NCBI GenBank assembly: GCA_004764695.1
Contig: SMSO01000014.1
Location: 677,648-741,647 of the forward strand
Reading direction: 5' to 3'
Length of the DNA stretch: 64,000 nt
From: Schizochytrium sp. TIO01
Lineage: Eukaryota > Protista > Bigyra: Labyrinthulomycetes
The notes under the pieces were generated by a model. It was not told where the DNA came from and did no database searches. It saw nothing but the letters and a program-made list of their open reading frames with translations. This document shows positions 12,501-23,010 of the stretch, piece after piece. Each line of letters opens with the position of its first letter. Positions within the stretch are counted from its first letter, which is position 1. The translations under genes and the position numbers were made by a program.

Positions 12501-15169
12501 AGAATTTGAAGATCTTTGCATGCAAATTCTTTCCACGTCAGGCATGATAATTGGCATTTAGATATTTCAGTAGGGCATGGTTCATCTGCATGATATCTTG
12601 GGAAAGTTGAGTAAAGAGTCTGAAGAGGAACCCTTTGGCCTGAGAAGAATGTATGTTAGATTTAGTATAAGTAGTATGAGTGTAATCTAATTACCTGTGA
12701 GAACCTTACTTTACCACCCTAGGTAATTGGAAAAAAAAAATGCTAAGCAGAAATGTTCAAAATGGGGAGTTGAATTGACGCTGTCGGGACGTGTTGGATT
12801 AACGTAAGTCAGGGTGACAGGGTCAGGATGCCTGCCGTGGCTAGTAGTGATTTTCTGAAATTGCTGCATCACAATAATATTAGAAACCCAAACAAGAAGT
12901 TTTGTCTGGTTGAGGAAATAAGTCTATGTCAGACTATGAATTCGCTGTTAACACGATTCATGCTTGATTAATTTTTATTGATAAAACTAAACTTTGAAAA
13001 TAAAAGAAACACAAATCTGATAAAGCCCTCAGACTGTAGCTTGAGAAAAGTGCGAGCTCCTGAAGCGTAGTGCGTCTGACATGTGAATTTGGATACATAG
13101 TCTTTCATATTTAAACAACCTCAAAATATATCAAGAGAACAAGCCCCAGGTACAGTGAACACAAAACAGATGTTCATAGTTTAAACAGATTATCTCGCCT
13201 TCGAAGACGACATGAATCGTCGATACCAGGACATAATTTTTGTGAGTTGCATGATTTTGGAAAGGAAGGTATAGTGACTCGCGCTGCGTCTGGTGATAGA
13301 TTAAAGCATGCAAGCTGAAGCCAGATTCAGAGTTCAAGTCGTTGCAGAGCACCGATTTGAATGTCAATGTTGTCATTATGCACGCTCACCCGGTTGTCGA
13401 CGGGAAATTTAGAGTAAGGCTAATTGAGACTTGGCGCGGGATAATTCGATACACCACGACCATTTGCAATATTTTACCCATTCCTGCCGCGGAAGCTTGA
13501 GCAGCCCCCTGAGCGAATCAAAAGGGGCGTTGGATCAGGCGAAGACGCATCCTGATCGATACTTGCTCTCCATCATCATCCTTGGAACTACTTCCATCGT
13601 CGGGAGTCCGTCTGCCTTTGGTTTGTGCTTCGAAGAGCAAGTGCCTTGAGCAGCTAAACGGACATCCATATTGAATGACGAGTGAACTAATAGGAAGCAT
13701 GATGAGATGTAGGGCCCGGAGCTGAATTAGTTACTGATTGAGACATAAATTAGGCACCTAATCTATTTGCTCACCTGTGACATCGGTCATTAAATGGACG
13801 AACTAAACCTATATTTAACTGACCGTCCTTACTACGATGGGGACCGGAGGTTATGCCTCCTAGTGATGAGCAGAAACCTATGCGCATGCGCTTAAAGCTG
13901 CAAAGAGACTCCTTTCGGCGCAAGCTTAAAGTTGCTCTCATGAATTTATTCAATCTTTCTACTTTCAGTTTTTTCCTACTCGTATTTTTTTAAACATTAC
14001 TATCTCAAATAGGTATAACGTTGCTTCAGTTATTTATTTTTTTAATGTATATATATCATTTTAAAAAGGCAAAAAATGTTTTAAAAGATACTCTTAAATA
14101 AAATCAATCATAGTCCTTTAACCAAGAATACTTTTTTACATCACTTGTTTTTATAAACTGAAATCTATACTGATAGAATCCTATTCTGTATTTAGAAGAT
14201 TACTGATTTAAAGTTGCGCTGGACAAAGTGAAGAACCACATCGCCCACCAATTTGCGGGAAATGCTTAAGATCTCCCTCGATCAAGCTGAGCCACGGTCA
14301 GCTCAAGAATGAATTGTTCTCTTACGAAGCCAGGGATCCTTCACTTGGAAACATTTAAAAGTGAAAAAAGAAGTACTTCCTTCGTAGAATAAAATGCTCG
14401 TTTGGAAAAATAAAATTAAACTTCTTTTCTCATATTCTCTTCTTTAAATAATCATTAAGTAAAAGGTCAACATGGCCTTTCTGTACCTATTTGCAGAGGT
14501 CTTTCTTGAACCGCTCTTGGTTCTCTTCTGAGGGAGCTGGTTTTTCACTTCATGGAGTATACTCCTAGCTCCAGTAGGTACCTAGGTAGTGCTCTCGATG
14601 ACAAGATGCTTCATCGCGAGACACCTTGAAACCAAGCTCAGACTGCCTGAAGGTTTGTTTGCTCGTACCTCGCGCAAGGTATTCGTGCAAGTGATAGAAG
14701 ATAAGATTTGGTTGGCATGCCTTGATGTGCGCTCGCTTACTCGTTACACATTAATGTGTTGACTTGCAGAGTTGGCGGTTCGCACACTTAATAACGAGTG
14801 TCAATCAAATCGCCCCCACTTACAATCATAGAGAAATAAGAAGAACAAAGTAAGTGTAGTGTTTCTACTTTTTATTTTCACTTTTTTGTTTTGTTCTGAT
14901 TTTCTTTTTAAAGGGCAAAAAAGAAGCTATGGCATCAGAGTTTTATTCAATAAGTATATTTTTAACATTAAAACAATTTTTATTAAATTAAGTTTAATCT
15001 TTATTTGAGAAGCAGAATAGCTTGGAAAAAACAGTAAAAATGTTTTTGTATATTTTAAAATTGATATTTGGATGATTGAATAAGGATATCTCCAGCAAGC
15101 TCCGTTGAGGGTTATAGTTGCTTCCGAGTGGGCTTGTAGGATATCAGAATGGAGGAAATAAGAAGAGTG

Positions 15170-15490
15170 GCCGATTGTATTTGAGGACTCCTAAAATGCA
15201 AAAACTCCTCGAACGTCATGGCTGCTTTGGAGGTGCTATTCTCGTTCTGTCACTCCCATGGGCTATATCTAGGCAATATTGTAAAAAAAAAATAGGTTTT
15301 TTCATAGAACTGGATGTAAAATTTGGGTCATCGCCTGCGTGCTCCTGCGCCTGAAGACAACTTTGCAGCTTCAGTTACTCCATTGTCCTTGGCGAATTTC
15401 GAGTTGATCTTGATTAAAACATCCTTATTTTGAGCTACTATGTAGACTGTCACCAAGTAAGCTTTGATAGAAGAAGGGGTTTGATTTATA
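15170..15490 (+). pseudogene. Decayed CMGC/MAPK-like kinase C-lobe fragment
   Basis: LLHCPWRISS*S*LKHPYFE...GFDL (RIS at 15393, HPYF at 15420-15431) matches subdomain XI LLxxDPxxRISAxEALxHPYF and the MAPK FDF tail. An upstream frame has LYLRTP...SLP...KF, resembling LGTP...SLP...KFP. Confidence 0.4.
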
Positions 15491-16391
15491 AGCAGTACGT
15501 TTGAAATTCTAGTAAACAGGGATTCGCAATGTACATATATGCATAGTTTCATGCGGTCTTTACATGCAATGAAAACAAATCATGGACCGATGAGCATTCA
15601 TTCTGTGAGAAAGCGAGTATTACGAAGGCAACAACCCCCCTTGCAACGAACATAAATGAACGAGCCCCTCCGCGGCGTCCTTCGAACTCAGCTTTGTTCG
15701 GATCGCCTCAAAATGCATCCTAGCCTACTTCAACTCTCTTCACAAGGACTTGTAGCCTCTAGTTGTTCTATTCATCCTTTTGACCCACCATTATGCTTCT
15801 ATACCTTCTCGTCTTTAGCTTATTGTTGCCTGTACATCATAGAGAACATGAAAGATTCAGAGCAAACTTAATTCCAATAGCCACTACTTCTATATACTGT
15901 TTATTATAATAAATAAACTGATATTTTAGTTTCACTTAGTTTCACTTCTATCAAATGGAACATCCCGATTCGGCTGAAGCCCAATCGAAGCAGGTTCTCT
16001 CTAAATGAGTCTCCGTGGTGCCATATTTCTTGTCCCGCCTTCCTCGCTTGCTATTTGCGAAGCTCTCTCCATCCCCCCCCCGCTTGTTTGAACCTCCAAA
16101 CGGAATTAGCAAACGCACTCTCTCGCGAGAAGGCTCGTTCGGCGAGAAGTTTGTTTTTTCCTTCGATTCCTTAGAAAAAGAGCATTGGACCACCATTTTC
16201 TCGATTTGCACCACAGAGATGATGCTTTTTACTCCTTCTTAAAAAGAAGCCTTTTTAATATATACATACTAGTTGAAAGAGTAACCACTGCTACCTACGA
16301 GTCCTCTGTGGGTTATTTATTTACTCTTCTCTTCTTTGAAAATTGACGACTGATCGAAAGCGAATTAAGGACATAGCAGGTATTCAACCAA

Positions 16392-16427
16392 TGAGAACAG
16401 CAGTGAGAACGGCAGTGAGAACGGCAA
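16392..16427. repeat. Three tandem 12-bp units TGAGAAC[A/G]GCA[G/A]
   Basis: tgagaacagcag-tgagaacggcag-tgagaacggcaa seen directly. Confidence 0.8.
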
Positions 16428-18813
16428 GCGCCTTATTAAAGGCATCAGAATGGTCGCTCCCACCTTCATCGCCGTTGCAGCAGTATGAGAAGAGTCGTGC
16501 CAGCACATGCAGGACTGGCAGAATAGGTCCTCCGCCGCTGGCCAGCACGCTTTTAAATGATTGAAAGCTCGAGTGTTTCGTCGAATGAACTAGTTTCGGT
16601 CGCGAATAGGGGGGGGGGGGGAACCGAAGGCGAGCGGACGACCTGAGAGTTTTGTTCGTGGCACAGAGATTTGCGCTCCACGCGGACGTCGCAGCTCTTG
16701 CGCGGAACCTAATGGCGCTGGTGTTTTGTTTTTTGTTTTGTTTTGTTTTGTTTTGATTTCCAGTTTATCATTTTCTGTGAATTTTAATAGTTTATTGAAA
16801 AAAAGAAAGAAAAAGGAGTCTTTCGTAATGTCATTCAGAACGCCCTAACCAATACCTACCTACCTACCACCAGCCCATATGCTAGAACAGCGTTACCCGA
16901 TTTATAAAAATAAACATCATAGTTCCTGTTTCGTTTTATTTTATTCTATTCTATTCTCCAAGGTTCCGATGCTTCCTTTCTGTTTTTAATCTTTCCCTCT
17001 ATATCATTCATATCCTTCAAAATGACTCGTGCGTTAGTGTGTGTATATTCTATGTTTTGTGAAAATGAGCTAGCAAGAAGCCACGGTCTCGCTTGTCGTT
17101 CTAGGAATGATGAGTCTGAGTTTTTAATAATCAGAAGATGGCATGGCGAGTATGAAGCGGCCTGGAAGCGATAGACCCACCGCGTATTCATTTCTGCTGC
17201 ACAATGGATGTAGCAACTTCAAGGCGCCGCGCAGGACGGCGAGCGAGGGCGCCAAGTGCTGCTACACCTGTATCGCAGTTTGGACAGCTGCGTTCAGTCC
17301 TCGCAATTGAACTTACGATTGATTGAAAAAAGTAGCGAATTAACCAACCAGTATGGTGGCATGTGTTTACATCGGCCTCAAGACGAACTCTCTGCCGCGG
17401 GATGGCGCTCGATGAATCGCTTCTTGTTGGGAACTCAGGTTGACTGACTTTGGTTGCCTGTACCTTGTCCTTTGCCCACTTAATCGTCGCAGAGTTGAAG
17501 ATTCCGAATGTGCTGCTGTTTCTGTGCGAGTGATCGCCAGTCGTCGCTAGCGGTCTTTCAATTGCACATTGTGTCGTTTAGAGAATAGAATTATATTTTA
17601 AAGAAGAGATTTTAATAAGCTTAGAAACATTTTTTTTAAAGCATTTTTTTTGTCAATGGAGAAACAAGTTAACTCGATTATTAAGCGCTCTTTAGGAAGA
17701 TCTTTGAATAAGGAAGCGAAAAGAAGTAGACATAGATAGCACTATGATTTGAAGATTGAACGGGTCTCTGATCGAGAAAGGAGAATTTAGTGAGTGGGTG
17801 ACTACCTAGACCTTTAAAAGGCTTGTTAAATTGAGGAGACTCCTTTTTGATTTCATTAGATGGTGCAAGTCGTTGCCTCTGCGTCTCGTTGACAAGCGAA
17901 AACCACCTCTTTACTTTTCATTCAAAAAATATGTTTATTGATTTTTATTTATTTTATTTTATAGTATTTTATTTTTTTGCGCACATGGCGCTTTTGGCCT
18001 GGCTCGTATTGGAGAATGAAGTATGCTTCCGAATTAAGCGGACGTCAGAGAAAAGTGAAATGCTTGCAACAGCTACCTGTGTTGAGATAAAAATAAGTAA
18101 AAGAAAGCGACTGCTCAGTTCACCCATTCGTCGTCCTATGTAGAGAGTGTAGGTTTGATGGTGTATCAGAGACAAGCTCTCAAGAAAATAGTAAGCTTTC
18201 GCTCGCAAAAGTTGTTAGAGAATGTGGGTAAGTACAATTAAAGCAAAAAAGAATGATCATTGTTTTCAGAAGCGAATTGCTTAGTTGGAATACGAGGTAA
18301 AAAAGTGCCAAGCATTGGTGGCAGGTGTTTAGAGGGACGTGCCAGAAGCAACCATTTTTCAATTTTAAAAAAAGGTTTTTCTGTTTTAATTAATTTTTTA
18401 ATTTAGAGAGAAGATGAGGTTAAAGGAACACATTTAGTGAGAAGGAATAACAGCACAGAAGAAGGATCATGGTTGATTAGCTCTTCTTGTCAGCAGCCGG
18501 ACGTCCAAGCCAAGCAAAAGCACATTGAGCTGCCTTTCAAGAAACTGAATTATCTACAGCTATCCTTGAGATTTCTCCTTGCATCCATCACCAAAACCCG
18601 AACTTAAAAACACAAGCTCGAGCCACAGGCCAAGCAAAGTTCCTTGAGATAAAGAAAGAAACCAAGAGGTGGGCGATTAGTTAGCAAAGATTAGCACTGT
18701 TAGAAGCCATTAGCCAAGTCTTGGTTCTCGTTCTTGGCAAGCCCAAACCCAAAACCTGCCTGGTCAGCAAACCCAAAACAAAATTCAAACCAACACAACA
18801 CAATAAACTTTAA

Positions 18814-18848
18814 TATAGGCGATAGCTATACTTCGGCTGTTGCCTATA
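18814..18848 (+). promoter_or_regulatory. 13-bp stem-loop upstream of protease copy 1
   Basis: TATAGGCGATAGC-tatacttcg-GCTGTTGCCTATA pairs fully as RNA with two G-U pairs. It lies 110-145 nt upstream of the ATG. Function unknown. Confidence 0.35.
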
Positions 18849-18958
18849 GTGTCTGGACTTTATCATTGGCGAATTCTTCTAGGCTTTAAAGTTCCTAGGG
18901 ACTCACGACAGGAATCAACACCTTTGAACTATTTGTGAATCAATAATCAGTCGCAAAG

Positions 18959-21262
18959 ATGCAAATCGCAGTGAATAAAGTAACCCTTCTTTTGATGCTG
19001 CTGGCTAGCACTAGCCTTGATGCAGCTCGTGGAGAACTCCTGCCCCTTGATGCTGATCCAGCTCTTGTGGCTCATCGTGCCCTAATTTCCTCTCGACGAG
19101 GTCTTCAGGATGGCAACAAGTATATTGCTATTGTTGAAGATGGTAAGAAAACAGGCAAGGCGTGCTCTACCGTGACTTCACAAATCCAGGCGTGGAAGGA
19201 TGAAAACACGGTTGGAGCCTCTGACACGGACGAGTCCGTCAGCGTAGAGACAGTTACTGTGTCCACTACGTGCAGTGTATTCTTCGAGACCACCAGTGAG
19301 TTACTTGTCAACTACACTCGTACTTTGGACAATGTTCTCTCTGTTGAAGAAGACCTTGTAATTGCAACAACCTCCACTCCAGCTTCATGGGGCCTGAACC
19401 GAATTGACCAAGATGATCTTCCGCTTGATTCGTCAACCTTCGATATTTCTCACAACGGTAGCGGTGTAAACGTGTATGTCATTGATACTGGTATCAACTA
19501 CATGCATAAAGACATTGTGGGGCGCGCTTCACTTGCCATGGACTACACATCGGAGAATGGAACTGGTGTTATTGATGGCAATGGACATGGTTCTTTCTGC
19601 GCCGGAGTTGTAGGTGGTACCACCTATGGTGTTGCGAAGGCATCAACTCTTATTGGAGTCAAAGTACTCCTCAGTTCTGGCAGTGGTTCCACCTCAAATG
19701 TTATTAAAGGTGTGGCATGGGCGGTCTCAAACCAGGAGGATAACTACAACAGTGAACCTGCAGTCCTCTCTCTCTCTTTGGGCGGAGGTAAGAGCTCAGC
19801 TATGAATGCCGCTGTCCAGGCTGCATCTGATGCAGGAATGATCGTAGTTGTTGCTGCTGGAAATGATGCCGACGATGCCTGTGACAGCTCTCCTTCGAGC
19901 GCTGGTGGCAGCGCTACCGATGGTGATGTCATTACTGTTGGTGCCACCACAAAGACAGATGCAATGGCTTCATACTCCAACTACGGTTCTTGCGTCGATG
20001 TTCTGGCTCCGGGATCAAGCATCAAGTCAATCTACAAGGGTTCCACTACTGCGACTGCAACTATGAGTGGTACTTCTATGGCTACCCCTCATGTTGCTGG
20101 CGTTGCTGCCGCTCTACTCGAGAAACATGACATGGACAAAGACTCCGCTCAAGCCGAGTTGATTGCATTGCTTGAAGCTGATATGATTAGCGGAGTGGAC
20201 GAAACTGAGCAGCGCAATGTATTTTTGCAAACCCCAAGATACACTGGCCCGCCGACCCCGCCGACGCAACAGCCTACAATGCCGCCAACCCCGGCACCTA
20301 ACACCGTATGTGCTGCTGAGGATGGTGTGAACTACTGTTATGATTACGAACAAGCTAACTTTGGTGGCGATTTCCCTTCCTCGTCTATTATTCGTGGTCC
20401 GCTTGTCTCGCTTGATGACACGCTTTGTGAGAGTACTGATGATGACTTTACCGGCAAGGTGGTGTTGGTTCCCCGTGGTGACTGTCAATTTTTCGATAAA
20501 ATCAAAATTGCTGAAGATCAGGGTGCGATTGCAGTGATTGTCAGACTGATCGACTCCTCTTCGGATCTTTTCGCCATGACTTACTATGGCAATGAAGATA
20601 CCGACCTGCTCGCTGTGATGGTGGATTACTCCAATGGTATCAGTCTTAAAAACATGGTTGACTACTCCTCAACAACAATCATTGCAAAGCTTGGTTCTTT
20701 GACCTATGACACCACATCTGCTCCATCGGTAGCACCTACACCTCAACCTACCAATGCCCCTACGCCCAAGCCTACTGTGGATTGCTCGACGCTCAGTAAG
20801 AAGAAGAAGTGTAACAAACAAGATGAGTGCGTCTGGGTGGCATCAGACTCAACTTGCTACAGTGTGGATGATGACCTCCCATGCGATGCTTATGATTCCG
20901 AGAGCACCTGTGAAGAGCAGGATAGTTGCAGCTGGACGGTCCTTTTGTCTGAGAGCACAAGCGCCGCTTGCTATGATTCTGATGAAGTACCTGCCGCTTC
21001 TGTATCTGTAACCACCCCAAGCTCATGTTCTAAGACTACCTACACTGCGGCGGAAACATTGTGTGAGGATAATGACCTAGATGTTTGTGATGGCGATACT
21101 TTACTCGCCGCAAGTACTTCTACGAACACTTGTAAGTTTAACAAAGCCTGGGTATGGTCATCCACTTCGTGTGGCACGAACAAGTACTACCAGGTTAAAC
21201 GGAGTGCCTCCAAGGCTCGCTGCAAGAAATACACTGCGAAAGCAGCTGTTCGCTGCTGTTAA
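18959..21262 (+). CDS. Secreted subtilisin-like serine protease (S8A, proteinase K type) with PA domain and Cys-rich C-terminal domains, copy 1
   Basis: 767-aa ORF with hydrophobic signal peptide, SWGLNRIDQ mature start, triad motifs VYVIDTG / DGNGHGS / SGTSMATPHVAG, oxyanion AAGN, PA motif GKVVLVPRGDCQFFDK...GAIAVI, and Cys-rich tail ending RCC. Confidence 0.95.
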   Translation: MQIAVNKVTLLLMLLASTSLDAARGELLPLDADPALVAHRALISSRRGLQDGNKYIAIVEDGKKTGKACSTVTSQIQAWKDENTVGASDTDESVSVETVTVSTTCSVFFETTSELLVNYTRTLDNVLSVEEDLVIATTSTPASWGLNRIDQDDLPLDSSTFDISHNGSGVNVYVIDTGINYMHKDIVGRASLAMDYTSENGTGVIDGNGHGSFCAGVVGGTTYGVAKASTLIGVKVLLSSGSGSTSNVIKGVAWAVSNQEDNYNSEPAVLSLSLGGGKSSAMNAAVQAASDAGMIVVVAAGNDADDACDSSPSSAGGSATDGDVITVGATTKTDAMASYSNYGSCVDVLAPGSSIKSIYKGSTTATATMSGTSMATPHVAGVAAALLEKHDMDKDSAQAELIALLEADMISGVDETEQRNVFLQTPRYTGPPTPPTQQPTMPPTPAPNTVCAAEDGVNYCYDYEQANFGGDFPSSSIIRGPLVSLDDTLCESTDDDFTGKVVLVPRGDCQFFDKIKIAEDQGAIAVIVRLIDSSSDLFAMTYYGNEDTDLLAVMVDYSNGISLKNMVDYSSTTIIAKLGSLTYDTTSAPSVAPTPQPTNAPTPKPTVDCSTLSKKKKCNKQDECVWVASDSTCYSVDDDLPCDAYDSESTCEEQDSCSWTVLLSESTSAACYDSDEVPAASVSVTTPSSCSKTTYTAAETLCEDNDLDVCDGDTLLAASTSTNTCKFNKAWVWSSTSCGTNKYYQVKRSASKARCKKYTAKAAVRCC

Positions 21263-23010
21263 AACAATTGTCTGATTTTGGTGTGACTTCTTGAGTCACC
21301 AATATCAATCTTCATGAATTCCTTGCCGATTACGGCTGAAAAGACTTCAATGTCGACTGCTTTGCAATACTTTCATTTAGATGATGGTATCTTAATCCTG
21401 TAATTACGCAAAGTGGGTCATACCTGGCTTTCGTTTATCGAATGAATCATTTTTCAATTTTTTAAACCTTCACCTTTACCTTGATTTCTTGAAATATATA
21501 TTTGCGTGCGTGGCGCTGCCGATCTACATATTGTGTGAAACCTTTTGTAAACTATATATTCAATACGTGGAACTTATGAAAGTCTTCAAATACATGACGG
21601 AGCGCAAACGTCTCGTATAAATGAGATTTTCTCATAGGAAAGAAAATATTTCGATATAGTTATAAATCAAAGTATTTCTCTAAACCCTACTTTCTAAGTG
21701 TCTGCAAAAGTAATTACTACACTTAGTATACTTCACTGACCGGCTTAAGTTCACAGTAGCAACTTCCAAGGCGATGACTTCAACACATAACCATTTAAAT
21801 AACTTGACAAGTTGAGATAGACTTAGGATATTTCTCTTAACAAAACTCTTGGCATGGACAAAATTATGCTAGTGAATTCAATTTAAAACAATCTGTATCA
21901 ACAGTGACATTTCCATGCGTGATAATCGAGCTCAAAAACTGGTCAGTCAGTTGAGCTTCCTGACATCTTGCTAAAATCAAAAAATGGCATTCAACATACT
22001 CTTTGTAGGTCCGCGCCTCTCAACAGCAAAACATCGTAAGATGGTTTCGATCATCATGCTAGATTGTAGGCTTTTTTCGGCAGGAGGAACCACCATGGTT
22101 ACTGCAAAGTTCGATCAATTCTACATCGGTTTCCTATTTTATATATATAACTCAAAAACTCATTTTCCGGTAGCTACTGCTTCAATTGAATACAAAATCC
22201 TTAGATAGAGCTTGTTTGGAGACTGTGTTGCCAGAGAAAGAGCAGTTACCCTTTATATAGATGACTGGTATAAGACAGGTTTCCTGAACTTGGGCTAGGC
22301 TGGTCACCATGTACGTCTATGATAGATGGGAAAGGTGGCGGCTCAGTCAAATTTTGCAGGCAATAGGCTATCTTTCAAATCGAGAATTGCCTAGTTGCCT
22401 GGTCTTCAGGTGCGAGTACATCAGGCTTCCGCGCTTTGAACCAGCAAAGCACAAACAAGCTTCTAGGCAGGATTGGTTTGGTTGTGAAAAGATAGATTGG
22501 AACAATTTTCGTTTTGCAGAATAATCTGCATAAACCAACAGTCATTTGTACTACCTAGATGCCAAACCAAGCTCTTAAGAGTTAAGACATATTTAACGTA
22601 AAGAGGAAAATAAGGCAGAAAAAAATACTTTTAAAAAAAAGGTCCAACCCATGTCGTAACGGATCTTTTAGCTGAGAGTTCCTGCGCTGTTGCCTAGTTT
22701 TGTTTGCAAATAGTTTCTAATGAAGCATACCATTTGAGTGCTATATCAGAAGTAGTACTATCAACACATGATAGATCCACTTTTTTTCCATATATTCTAG
22801 ACAGAATCTTCTTGCTTGAATCGTAATTAGCATTTTAAAGTAGTCGAACCTCAATCAAGATATTATGAGGCAACTCGTTTCTTAGTTAGTTCTCAAGAGT
22901 GAATGTATGTGTACCATGCCGTGAATGAGACATACGCTTCGACACAGCTACACTGACACTTTTGAATGAGGCTTGTCTCTCTTCTCTTCTCTTCTCGCAC
23001 TCGAACTCTT

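Noticed and set aside
14598-14760. RHLETKLRLPEGLF...FVQVIED as a DEK-C-like fragment
   Set aside because: Single short helix-pattern resemblance, not distinguishable from chance by eye.
15580-15660. HSFCEKASI...TPLATN as a U-box/RING fragment
   Set aside because: Too short and missing key residues.
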